From Octopus vulgaris (lineage: Eukaryota), in contig OX597817.1 of NCBI GenBank assembly GCA_951406725.2, forward strand, positions 116,808,001 through 116,872,000: a DNA stretch of 64,000 nucleotides, given 5' to 3'. Made by a program: the position numbers and the translations under genes. The notes below the pieces were generated by a model, which searched no databases, was not told where the DNA came from, and saw nothing but the letters and a program-made list of their open reading frames with translations. Shown piece by piece: positions 1 to 12,532 of the stretch; the stretch's first letter is position 1; every line of letters starts with the position of its first letter.

Positions 1-40
<40 letters not shown>

Positions 41-43
<3 letters not shown>

Positions 44-200
44 GATAATTCACAAAAAAAGACGAAGTATAACGCTCGGTAAGTGAAAAAGTCTTAACGT
101 TTCGAGCCTACGCTCTTCGACAGAAAGGAACACAGAAAGAAACAAGGAGAGAAAATAAAGAATGTGTAGTGCCTAGCAATCTATCATGGCGAGTGCTAGA
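41..200 (-). mobile_element. Penelope-like pLTR-derived short insertion with degenerate minimal hammerhead motif (92-127)
   Basis: Minus strand reads cttt-CTGTCGA-a-gagc(gtag)gctc-GAAA-cg-TT-aaga. The 3' end abuts (TA)n at 1-40. Stem II/III match the elements at 25737 and 56765. Confidence 0.6.
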
Positions 201-254
201 CATGTATGTATATATCTGTAATTATACTGATTTATAACCATGTAGTTTAACAGA

Positions 255-515
255 AGATTTTAATAATCGACTCTAGTACTTGACTGGCATTTATGTTATC
301 AACCCTAGAAGAACGAAAGACAAAGTAGACCTAGTGGGTTTAGACCTCAGAACGTATAGAATCCACAACTGAAAATATATAATTTTATGCGAAACTCCTC
401 CTATTCTGCCAAACTACCAACTTTATATCAGTAATGATGGTGATGAAAGCGGTAAGTAAATAGAATCGTTAGCACGTCGGCTAGACTTCCTGCTGCATTC
501 ATTTCAGTTCTTAAA
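255..515. mobile_element. Decayed fragments of the SINE family seen at 11424-11865
   Basis: aatcgact...caaagtagacc...ctcagaacgta is the reverse complement of the 11482 unit; 445-515 resembles its head. Confidence 0.45.
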
Positions 516-1469
516 CAGCCATGCAATACAATCACTGGATTTTAATTCAAAGTTTTACTCTTGTCACGTTATGTCACACTGATCTGATCTGATAATTTTT
601 TGAGGGCATACGGGCCTATGGAATTCTCAGTCTTTTAGAAGTTAACTTCTTAATTTATTGAGTTTGAATAAATACAGCTCACATTATTCTATGATTCTTT
701 CCTTAAAATAAGGAAATATAGTTTGTGATTTGAGGGGGATTTAGCCGTTTTTTGTAGCAAGTAGGGTAACTACGTCGAGGGTTGCTACTTGAACTGATGG
801 TTAGTAAAGCAGGTCAGATCATTTTTGCATTACTAGTGCAATATCATATGCCAACTTTTTAAATATTTCAGAAAACGTTTAGTTTCCGTGTAATTTTAGC
901 AATTTATCCTTCAGCAACGAATTTTTAAGCTTAGTAAAATTAACTAGAATAATTTACTTAATGCAAATTTAGGCTATAATTCTACAAAAATCAATTACAT
1001 TTCAGACAATGTCCGAATGATAATTTAATACAGTTTTTAATTTTCTAAAACGTGGAATAGCTTATATTTATCATCTTGGCCTAAATGGTGATCAATTTAT
1101 TTGCAATTAAAATGAAGAATAGATATATAGCCAAATAAAACGATTTTTTCTCTATAATAAAATAAGTACTAATAACACTCTTGAGTATGTTTAATAGGAT
1201 TATATGCTTTTCCTACAATTATAATTCTTACACAAATTGTAACTTTTTTTTTTTGCAAGTAAGACAAAATAACATAAAACAGTTCAGAAACAAAAATGAA
1301 ACCGTAACGGCATATTTATCATCTACGAAAGCAGGGCTTTGAAAATGGATATTTACAATCAGCATCTATTTAAAACTACTTTTAATAATTTTTGACTATA
1401 TTACTCTGACTATATACGCAATAGAAGAATAAACTCCAGGAGGATAAATTCTGAGTTAATTCTGCCGAG

Positions 1470-1692
1470 TGTGTACAAGATTGGCCATTAACGTAGTTCT
1501 CAGGGAGGTTCAGCGTCAGATAGAATGTGACAAGGCTGGCTCTTTGAAATACAGATACTACACATTTTTGCCAATTGAGAGAACTGGAGCAACGTGAAAT
1601 AAAGAGTTTTGTTCAAGGACAATACGCGTCACCGGGAATTGAACTCACGGCCTTATGATCATGAGCCGGGTACCCTAACCACTGAATCACGT
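1470..1692 (-). mobile_element. tRNA-derived SINE (family C)
   Basis: Shares gcaacgtgaaataaag...caag.acaa.acgc...taaccactga with 59477-59580; tRNA-like head (tcagtggttag...gttcaattcc) on the minus strand. Confidence 0.75.
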
Positions 1693-2289
1693 ACATACCT
1701 ACATACCTACCTACCTACATACATACATACATACATACATGCATGCATACACACACATATATACATGCATACATACACACATACATGCATACATACATGC
1801 AAGCATACATACATACATACATATGTTTTGCAACTCAAGGAAACTTAAATGAAACAAATTTAGATTCACTATATTGAGCATTTTCTAAAGTTCATACTAT
1901 AATGTCAATAAGCGACTGCATCATATCTGTGAGACTACCACTGATATATATCTACAATGATATAATTATCAATGTATTTACTTCAACTAACACAGACACC
2001 AATAAAAGCAAAGAAGTTTATATCGTAATTTTACACATACATTGCGCAATTAGACGCTATTAATGGTAAACCCGAGTGTCAGTATTTATTGGAAGGCATT
2101 CTAATGATGGTGTTCATGGTTGCATCTCCAGCTGAGATATTCAACTGGCTCTATATAACGTGTTATGTTCTGGTAACAAATGCTGTATTCAAAGAGAAAA
2201 CCGAACCGCTGACAACACCTTCGTTTTCATATTATCAGATGATTTATTGAATTACAATACACAGGCGGATAAAATGGACGTGCACTGCA

Positions 2290-2400
2290 TCAGAGCTCCG
2301 CGACTCGCAAATTTTTAAGGTGATCATATGGTATTGTGATCGCTCCAAATTCATCCTCAATAGCCAAGCCTGTCAAGCTAGACGCAGAAATACGTATTTC
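2290..2400 (-). CDS. Candidate terminal coding exon (EIRISASSLTGLAIEDEFGAITIPYDHLKNLRVAEL*)
   Basis: Strong acceptor gtttttctactttcatcttgttacag ending at 2401; open for 36 codons to TGA; AATAAA at 2248-2243 just downstream. Confidence 0.4.
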   Translation of the reverse strand, partial: EIRISASSLTGLAIEDEFGAITIPYDHLKNLRVAEL

Positions 2401-2555
2401 CTGTAACAAGATGAAAGTAGAAAAACAAATATACATGACTCTTACCAAATGGAAAATATAGAGCGACCATGTGCGATTGTGTGTGAGTTGTGTTTGACAG
2501 AGCTAAAACTGCTGTTGATAATCTTTACTGGAGTGTCAAGATTCGTTTGACTTAC

Positions 2556-2584
2556 ACGATCCTGTACTACTGTAAATGCCGTGA
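2556..2584 (-). CDS. Candidate 29-nt micro-exon (xTAFTVVQDR)
   Basis: Acceptor atttctcttatttcctttcag and donor gtaagt; phase 1 to phase 0 links the 9158-9035 exon in frame to the 2400 exon. Confidence 0.4.
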
Positions 2585-4293
2585 CTGAAAGGAAATAAGA
2601 GAAATCAAACAAATATTAAATGTTAAATGTACTGTACCGCCCACGATGGTTCTTAGAGTTACTTGCAGATTGCTATAAAATCACACACGAGGAAGGAGAT
2701 AGATAAATTGAGGTGGGGCTCAATGGTAGAGAAACTGCCATATTAATGAGCCACAGCTACAAATATATTCATAAGCACCTGTAAATGGTTCGAAGTAAGT
2801 TGGGCACACCAGGGTCAGGTCTTTATTTATTCATGAATCACATCTATAAAGCGAGACTATTGAATAATTTGATAAAATACTTTCCGCAACTGTTCAATGC
2901 ACTTGGTGGCAAAAACCTGTAGAACTTTCTAACATTGATCTGTGAAATATCAGTCTAATCTTCTATGAAATACCAACACTGGTTGAATTACTAGGGGAAA
3001 TACCTTCTGTAGTGAATCACTTCTCTAGCGAATCTGGTAGGGATGAGATTGTTGCTAAAATTAGTAAGTATGGCTGATTTAGCCTCATCGACAGCATGCA
3101 GATGCTGATTACTGATCCTCTACAACGGGGAAGGATCGGTATCATAAGAAGCAAAAGGTGTTGACATTGTCGCAATTTCCAAGAAATTAAAAGAACAGGT
3201 TTTAAGAATTATCCTTCTCTCTATCAATAGAAGGAGCTATCTCAACAGATTTACTACCCGCATACCCAAGAGATACAGTATGATATGCAACCACTTGTAT
3301 TATAACTAGTACAATAAAAAAGTTTCTATCTGACTTAATAATTACTAACTTTCCAAAGGCGTTCTGTGCGTGAGCAAATTTGGATTGTACCAAGTATAGA
3401 AGAAATATGGTTGTCCTGAGAATCAGGCCTCCTTGTTGAAAACCACGCGTACTTGAGTGTTTTTAAGTGAAATAGATGCGGCAGATATATAGGACGAGGC
3501 GTATTTGTCGTACCAAACGGCATTAAACGGTGATGTGTTACGGCATCTGCTCCGTTCTCATATTTTCTTGCTATAATACTGAAGGAGACCTTCCGCAATC
3601 TCGATAACATCGTTTACATAAAGTTACACTAGGCTGGAGACGCTTTGGCTATTGCTCAATTAATAGCCAAAAGGAGAACATGTAGATCTGTGTGAAAGAT
3701 CTACGATAAACAGCTGACTCTACTCGCTCTTATAGGATATTACTTAACGAGAAATAAATGCAATTATTCACTGCACTAGAATAAATATATATAAAAAGGG
3801 AGGAGTATTTAAATCTCTACGGCAACAAACGAGGAAAGTGTAATATTCATTAAATGAATCTGAATCTTGGCAGTATACTATCGAATAACGGACACGTTAA
3901 CTCTCAGCGACAACATGGTAAATGCAAACAGCATTCGGACGATTGCTTTTATGGTTATAGAACAATAATGTCACCACCATAAAATTTAAAAACCAAGAAT
4001 TCAACGACAGCTCATGTCGCGTATTAAGACGACCGTATCGAATCTGGAATCTACATCTGATTCTCGAATGTATGTCGTCTATCCTTTCAATCATGATTGC
4101 TTGACAGTCTCCTCGACTGAAGTGCGTGATTCCTGAAAGCAGTCGAATTGTGATAACAAGTGAAACATATACCGAAGTGGGGGATCCACGTAAGTATGCG
4201 AGTAAGTACACGTTTGTAAATGTTTCCACAAGATTTAGGTACAAGAGCAGCCATCATATCCACTTTTGTGTATGATGACGGAACAAGCACATT

Positions 4294-4349
4294 TTACAGG
4301 ATGCAAGCAATGGACGTTGAGAGGCATGAGATCTGGTGAGTTGGTGCTC
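4294..4349 (-). CDS. Candidate alternative last coding exon, (R)APTHQISCLSTSIACIL*, C-x6-C peptide
   Basis: Acceptor ttgtcttgttttctcaattttag ending at 4350; phase 1 join to the exon ending at 9035; TAA at 4296-4294; followed by about 2 kb of microsatellite-free unique sequence. Confidence 0.4.
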
Positions 4350-5009
4350 CTAAAATTGAGAAAACAAGACAAAAACAATTATGAACAAAATAAGACATAA
4401 TCATTGCATTCGAATGAGATTTTAAATAAACCAAAAGCAGATATTGTACAACTGTTATAAAAGAACGCTGTCGATCTCACGTATGCTATAAGGACACCTG
4501 AATTAAATTCTCAAAACGAGTTATAACATTACGTAATGGACATCCGTAACTCATCAACAGATGTCTATCGTGTTATACTTTAAAAGCCTCTGAAAGTATT
4601 ATTTATCAACAGCACTATAGAATATTTTAAAAAAGAACGAGCCCTCGAAACTCATTAAAATAAATTGATTGATTTCATTGATTATACTCTTATGCGAGGA
4701 CGCGAATTTCTGTTGAGATCATCCGAATACGTTAAAGGGATGGAACGGAATGTACAGATATCGATTGCTTAATCATCAGTTTTCAGTAGCCTAAAAACTG
4801 ATGTAAATAATGACACAGGTGCAATATGTACATATTACACATCAAGTCCCATGCATATATATAATATATATATATATGTATCACACCAGTGTCATTAACT
4901 TCCTATCCATTTCAGATTTGTATAGGTGTCCGTGTGTGTGTGTGTGTGCGTATGTGTGTGTATAGATAGATAGATTGATAAATAGATAGAAGGCACACTT
5001 ATATATTCA

Positions 5010-5069
<60 letters not shown>

Positions 5070-5129
5070 TGAGGGAGATAAATTAATATCAATTTAATTA
5101 AACGGTGGTCTTGCCCTTTGAATATACAC

Positions 5130-5220
<91 letters not shown>

Positions 5221-5854
5221 TATGTATGCATGTGTATGTGTGTGTTTGTATGAGTATGTGTTTCTGTGTTCACTGTGTAAACAAAAGTATGTGTTTTATA
5301 GAAACAGAAGCACTTAGCGCGCTTCCATGACTACACGAAATCACTTTAAAACTCACACCCACCTAAAATACTAGTATGTACATAAGCTGCAGAAAGAAAT
5401 TATAAACACGTGTGTGTTTGTGTGTGTGCATGTGTGTTTCTGTGTGTGTGTATGTGTGTTTGTGTGTGTGTGTATATGTATGATCAGCAAGCATGTATAC
5501 TTACTAGGAAAGAGGAAAATACTCAAGAAAATATATCTGCACACACTTTTCTCTCGAAGAACAAAGGACACAAAAAAGTAGTGTGATACACCTGCTTAGT
5601 CACACCTATACACGCAGGGAGTTACTCATACGTACTTACACACAAATGCAAATGTATATAAACTTTATTATCTGTCTAGCTAGTTATCTATCTATGTCTA
5701 TGCAGTCATGAATAAGTACATTGCAAAACCTACAAAAATACATACACATACATACATGCATACATACGTATATACATACATAATATATATATATATATGC
5801 ATATATATATATATGTATATACACACACACACACACACGCACACACACACACAC

Positions 5855-5934
<80 letters not shown>

Positions 5935-5940
5935 CACACA

Positions 5941-6004
<64 letters not shown>

Positions 6005-7813
6005 ATCATTAGACGCACATATACAGATACAGAAACATGCAACTTATCTACTTAATGATATATGTACACTGCTATTTATTCCGCATCTGCTCCTTACATG
6101 TTGCATGCATGTTGACACACCTTTTTCGTACAAATACACCAAGAAAAGCTTTTACTTTCTTGCCCGAAAAATACACACACATACATACGTTACTACATAA
6201 TTAAGAATTAATTATTAGACCAGCTGCGAAACAATCTGTTAGAGAACGACTAGAGCTGAAAAGCGACATGAATGATCAATAATTTGCAATTAGCATTACT
6301 TCGCTTTTACGGATATTATTTAGGTATTTAGTTATTAGAATTTTTTTGTAATTTTCATTGATGTTTTTCATTTATTGTCAATATAATGATCGATATGTTA
6401 TAAGACTTCATATTGATTTCTTACATAGTCGCAAAGCTTCGATATTTTTAGCAGGATGGAAAATTAGAATGTCTGAAAGAATCGAAACTGGGACACACCT
6501 CAAGGCGTGTGTTTAACTCCATCCTATTGCGCTTACATCATGTTTCCACGTATAGAAAATATGCTATATAACGCTTTTACATTGATGTCTAAACTGATTT
6601 CAATTAAATGCGCAGATCAAAATAACGATACACAACTGCGTCTAAACGCACACCAAATAACAACCTCTATAGTGTTAACAGCCTCTTTAGTGTTATCAGA
6701 TATCTATCTTTTAGACAGCAATCTATAAGAAGGCTTTTGTCTATTGCCGATGTGGTTAGACGAACTTACTTAGAATATATCGTATCTTTTAAAGAGAAAA
6801 TGAAAACTTTGTTTCGGAATTGTGACTAAAAGTAGTAAGTTGTTGTCATTTACGTACATGTGTTTATAGGATGTGTTTTATGATTCCGGAATGTAGAGTA
6901 TTTTGACAATATTGTAGCAAGAAATAGTAGCAAGACGGAAGTGTACGATGAGGGCACAGAAGCTGCGATGCGTCACCGTATGTGATATTTACTTTCCAAC
7001 ATCTCACTCTATTTAACCTGCAATAAGTTCTGCGCAAGACTTCTTCATACAATGCTCATTTCAAATACCCAGCGGAGAAAAATAGTCGCTTGCAATAAAC
7101 TTCCTTTCTGTCATATCAAGAGAAGTTCCTTCAATCGATTTGAACCAAATAAAGAAATGTGAAAAATAAGCCAGGAAGTTGATTAGAAAATTGGAAAGAA
7201 GGTTACATGTGAGCGCGTACGTAAACACACACACACACATATTTATATGCATATGCATGCAATGCATCTATCTATCTATATATATATCTATCTATCTATA
7301 TATCTATATATCTATCTATCTGTATTTTTTGGAACATCTCGTAACACCCATTAGGCCATAAATAATATCACTAGTTTACGTTGTCGCACATGTTATAAAT
7401 TTTGTTATGATGTCTACAATATATTTAAATAGATATCGTCAAATGATGGGTAATACAATTTCTGATTATTCCTGGTAATATATATTAACATATATGTGTT
7501 TTTGTGCATGTTTGTGTTTGCGTTTGTGTCTGTGAGTGTGTGTATGTGACTGTATGTGTGTGTATGCGTATGTGCATGTGCATATGTGTGTGTGTATGTG
7601 CTAGTGCACATGCATGCGTATTATGTGCCTTCGTGTTTGTCTCACGCCACCTCTGACAACTGGTGTTAGTTTGTGTATGTTCCCAGTACAGCTGCAGTTA
7701 AAAGTCTGAAACAAATAAAACAGTATTCATCCATCCATCCATCCATCCATTCATCCATCCATACATACATACATACATACATACATACATACATACATAC
7801 ATACATACATACG

Positions 7814-7853
<40 letters not shown>

Positions 7854-7919
7854 CCAGCTGAAGGATACCCGCTCTACGCGCGGGTAAGAGTGTGGTTGTT
7901 ACTTTCTGTTGCTTCCTTT

Positions 7920-8155
7920 CAGCACGTAAAAAGCACCATCCGAACGTGGCCGATTGCAGCGCCGCCTTGACTGGCACGAAAAAAGCACCCACTACACTCA
8001 CAGAGTGGTTGGCGTTAGGAAGGTCATCCACCTGTAGAAACACTGCCAGATCTGCCTGGAGCCTGGTGCAGCCTCCTGGCTTCCCAGACCCCGGTCAAAC
8101 TGTCCAACACGTGCTAGCACGAAAACCGTACGTTAAACGATGATGATGATGATGG
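7920..8155 (+). mobile_element. RTE-LINE-type 3' tail / RTE-related SINE fragment
   Basis: gagtggttggcgttaggaagg.catcca.ctgtagaaac body ending cgttaaacga(tga)n, a short tandem-repeat tail typical of RTE-clade 3' ends. Confidence 0.6.
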
Positions 8156-8464
8156 TTCTCCCTCTTTGTTTCTCTCTCACTTTCCCACTCTCTTACTTTT
8201 CTTTTCTCTCGGACTCTCCCTCGCTTTCTCTTACTCCCTATCTTTATCTATCTCTCTCCCATTTATAAACAACAAAAGATCTTGAGTAAGTTGAGAAATA
8301 AAATATTTAGAAAGATCAATCATATATATCAGGCAGTAACAATGGAAAGGTCTGCTTCAAGGCAGACAGCAAAACACTAACATTTAAAAGGGACAGACGA
8401 ACTTGCGAGCTGAATAAAAGTAATAAAATATTGGAAACCAAAGTTTGAAGGGATAGAATGTGAG

Positions 8465-8720
8465 GATAGTAGAGTCACCATGGCTGGCATTTGTTAACGA
8501 CGGACAGCAACGTCTTGACAGTTTAACGGCTGGCGTAAAATGTTGAACTTGATGTAAAAGAAAATCCCTAAACACAAAGTTTTGAAGTGATTCTTTCTCA
8601 CGACAGTAGACTCACCATGGCAAGCATTCAACACTTCTTCATCATGGACGGCAACACATTGACGATTAAAAGGCTGGCGAAAATTTTTTAGCTTGATGTA
8701 ACAGAGAATTCCTAAACACC
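8465..8720. repeat. Diverged tandem duplication, period about 137 bp
   Basis: ga.agtaga.tcaccatggc...ggctggcg.aaa...cttgatgtaa.aga.aat.cctaaacac occurs at 8465-8575 and 8602-8719. Confidence 0.75.
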
Positions 8721-8954
8721 TGCTCCTTTAAATTTTAATCCCCTTCCAGCCCCATTTAGACCCCTTTTCACATTTTGGTTAATATAACCCGATTTCATTC
8801 GGGTGTACTGGGGCCACATTTTATAAGATGAGGAATTTTGTCCTAGAGGTCACGCGTTTCATTTGAGGAAAAAAATAGAGTTGTCATGCAAACTTGCCAG
8901 CACTTTTAACATAGGTCTGCATATTTTCAGCTCAACCGACCACATAATGCACAC

Positions 8955-9017
<63 letters not shown>

Positions 9018-9034
9018 TGGAGTGTCTCTCATAC

Positions 9035-9158
9035 GTGAGCGTTGACGCTGAATTCGACTGGTAAGCAGGTAACTTTGTCTTTGTTGAAGTAGTTGTGAGC
9101 TGCTGGAGTTATTTCTCTGACGGGTAATAGGAAATTCCATATCCTCCGAGGAAACGAA
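9035..9158 (-). CDS. Candidate internal exon (FVSSEDMEFPITRQRNNSSSSQLLQQRQSYLLTSRIQRQRS)
   Basis: Acceptor ttctaattgtctgagtcaacag, donor gtatga; 124 nt, phase 0 to 1; more GC-rich than its flanks. Confidence 0.45.
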
Positions 9159-9303
9159 CTGTTGACTCAGACAATTAGAATTAATTTTAATAAAAGCATC
9201 AATTTAAGAAAAAGTAATAAAGTAGTAAAAAATGAAAATTTAGCACGAAAAATTTACAGGGTTCTAAATAAATGTTAAAATATAATAGATACGAAAAACC
9301 TAC

Positions 9304-9417
9304 GTTATCACCAGAACACGAACGCTCGTTGGTGTGTTCTGTTTGTATTTGCTCGATCGGCGCGTTGCCAGGCAGACAATAGAATGCGATGGCGAGATTC
9401 ATAATATTTGTTGTCAT
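9304..9417 (-). CDS. Candidate first coding part (MTTNIMNLAIAFYCLPGNAPIEQIQTEHTNERSCSGDN) of exon 9451-9304
   Basis: Acceptor tatctgtctgtattcatag ending at 9452, donor gtaggt; ATG at 9417 with A at -3; phase 0 join to the next exon; only a weak N-terminal hydrophobic stretch. Confidence 0.4.
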
Positions 9418-9776
9418 GATTGTGTGTTGGTGGTGGCGATGGAAATTGTCTCTATGAATACAGACAGATACATAAAAGAAGGCCATTTGAGGAAGTGAAC
9501 GGGATGGGAATGTAGGAAATAGAGTGAGTGAAAAAGTGCTGGGAAGAGAGGAAATAGCGAGAGTGAGTTGAGGAAGACAGATACATTAAAGAACGTTATT
9601 GGACTTGTCAAAGTGGTTTTTTGTCCCTAGCAACGACATTTTTAAGATAGAGATTTCTAAGGTAGTCCCACGGGCATCGTCACCTCATTTTACATGTCCC
9701 TGTAAATTTTGGAGTGAATCGGACGGGATGTAGTGGCCTTGAAAGCGATCCAAGCGCTCGAAACGCCTTTCAGTTT

Positions 9777-9819
<43 letters not shown>

Positions 9820-9846
9820 ATATCTATATCTATATATATATATATA

Positions 9847-9899
<53 letters not shown>

Positions 9900-9961
9900 A
9901 TCTCTCTCTCTATATATATATATATATATACAGGCATGTTTAAGTAGCAACAAGCATTATG

Positions 9962-10059
<98 letters not shown>

Positions 10060-11423
10060 TGCACAGGTCTTCACAGTTTGCCATTCAGTAATTCCAGTAA
10101 CATTGACCATACCGATGTGTAGAATGTGCGAAGATACTAGGTTTGATAACACACAAGGAATAAAGATACGCTAAAAGCTCAAACATTTAGAGAGAAAGAA
10201 TAATAGAGACAGGAGTTGTAGAGAAAGTAAAAGTCAGAGTATTTAGAGGAAGAGTTATATAAATAATATATTCAATTTTTATTTTATTTTATTTCTATAT
10301 TTAGCCTAAGGTAATAAATAATTTTCGTTTAAAAGTAAGAATTTATTTTCTCCTTTTGAATAAGTGTCACACTTTGGATAAAAGTAAAATTATTATTATT
10401 GTGTTTATACCGCATATCGTGTTATTTCCCATGGTGGTAAATTTGTATTTCGAAAATTGCCTGTCATCCGATGGGTACCACTAGTATTTTCAACATACCC
10501 GGTAATATAAATTAGCAGCAAATATTGTTCGACATATGATGGTATCTCTATGTTGTAGCATAAGACGTGCTTTTATCAGTAATGTGTAAGTGGAATAAAA
10601 CTAAATATTTAGAGCTTGGTCTGTTACCAACTACAGATCACATGCAGCTACATGCTTAACGTGTGGCTTCTTGCCAAATCCATTTCCGATAGATAAATTT
10701 CCAAAGAAATAAATGGACATTAAATAATTCTTTAAATGGAATGTTAATCTATTGCTAGGAACGCTTCCTTCCCAGCTTGAAGAATCGTATCAAATAAGAA
10801 GCGTATGTTAACTTGGAAAATAAAGAAAAAATGATTAAGAAGAACGGGAGAAAAGAGAAGAAAGGAAGAGAAGATAGGGGAGGAGATAACGAGAAAACGG
10901 CTATAGTATAATGGTTTTGTCAGAGTATGCAACCGTATAGTTAAATTAAAGACCTTCAAATAAAGAAAGATGAATTTGAATTTTCTCAAAACGACTTCAG
11001 TGTGTCATTGGACATGACACTGAATCCTTTTAATCACAATCAATCAAGTTATAATTATCTAAAATAAATACCATACCACGAATGCTTTATTACATCGTCA
11101 TTCTCTATGCAACCTCTATGACAATATTCTTTTCCCCTTTTCGCATCGCTTTTATCATTTTATTTTTCTAATACGATGTCTCTTAGTTTATTTAAGTTAT
11201 TTTAGTTTCTTTGTCTGGCCTTCTCGTAATTTGCTAACTGACAACTCATTCTTATAGAAACCACCACAGCTAAGACGTGACTTCTTTATCTGCAGCAAAG
11301 AAACGTCAAAACAGAATTCGGTCTTTGTAATTGTAAACAACTACTGGAGTCGCAGAGACGTTGACTCCTTTACGGTATTTATTTCGCTGTAGGTGTAATG
11401 TTGAAACAATATTTTCATCCGTG

Positions 11424-11865
11424 TAAGGCAGCAAGCTAGCACGCCGAACGAAATGCTTAGCGGTATTTCGTCTGCCGCTATGTTCTGAGTTCAAATTCCG
11501 CCGTGGTCGACTTTGCCTTCCATCTTTTCGGAGTCGATTAAATAAGTATCAGTTACGCACTGGGGTCGATATAATCGACTTGATCCGTTTGTCTGTCCTT
11601 GTTTGTCCCCTCTGTGTTTAGCCCCTTGTGGGTAGTAAATAAATAGGTATTTCCTCTGTTTACGTTCTGAGTTCAAATTCTGCCGAGGCCGACTTTGCCT
11701 TTCATCATTTCTGGGTCGATAAATTAAGTAGCAGTTACGCCCTGGGGTCGATATAATCGACTTGATCCGTTTGTCTGTCCTTGTTTGTCCCCGCTGTGTT
11801 TAGCCCCTTGTGGGTAGTAAACAAATAGGTATTTCCTCTGTTTACGTTCTGAGTTCAAATTTCAT
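11424..11865 (+). mobile_element. SINE with internal 182-bp tandem duplication (family D)
   Basis: gttctgagttcaaatt (B-box-like) recurs at 11482, 11664 and 11846; the units are near-identical. Confidence 0.8.
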
Positions 11866-11869
11866 CGAC

Positions 11870-12532
11870 GCCTTCTGTGTTTGGGAAAAAGAGTTACCTG
11901 CATCATGATGATTGGTGCTGGATATAAAGAGGCCGCCTCGACGAAGCCGGGACCAACAGAAAGGGACAGAGCAGACGTTCTGACTGCGTGTGTAGACCAG
12001 AATTATTCACAACCCCTTTGAATAGGGCCTTAGGCTCATCAAGTCAGACGGCTATGTAAAGCTGGTGGAAAATTCGGTCAAAACCTAGCAGAAGAGGGTT
12101 ACTGCTGGAATACTATATGTATGGCAATAGGACGCCTCTCCTTGTCAGTGTTATAAGTGGTTGTCAGAGAATTTCTACGACATCATCAGCCCCAATTTCT
12201 GGCCTCCTATTTACCCCCAATTTTAATCCTATCGATAATTTTATGTGGAATGCAGTTAAAAAAGACACCAACTACTCTGCTTTAAACACTAAAACCGATC
12301 AAGGAGGCATTCAAAGAACGCCTAATTGAGATAATAAGATATGCTTACACCAGATTCTGGAAGTGTTCTGAGGCCGTGTTGGAAGCTGAGGGCAGCTTAT
12401 TTGAGTAACCTATTATTTCCCAGCCGTAGTCTAGTTAATATGTTTTGATTTTTTAAAATGCCTTTATTTTTTGATTGGATACTGTTTTCTCTCGTTCTTG
12501 TGCAAACTGTCATTTAGCACAAACACCCTGTA
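11870..12532 (+). mobile_element. Tc1/mariner-superfamily transposase remnant (DD37D/maT-like)
   Basis: Degenerate YVWQ*DASP and WLSENFYDIISPNFWPP..(F)NPIDNFMW motifs at about 12115-12250; ends caccctg-TA like a TIR plus TA target. Confidence 0.7.

Noticed and set aside
4236-4349. Alternative frame ...HCLHPVKCACSVIIHKSGYDGCSCT*
   Set aside because: Cys-rich, but it needs a phase-2 upstream exon, and that frame of 9158-9035 contains a stop.
6859-7017. Possible extra minus-strand exon (ttattgcag ... gtacgt)
   Set aside because: Weak pyrimidine tract and an immediate stop in the modelled frame; cannot be told from chance sites in AT-rich DNA.
11482-11865. Regularly spaced repeat as a CRISPR-like array
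   Set aside because: Whole 182-bp units repeat with no unique spacers; the context is a eukaryotic SINE.
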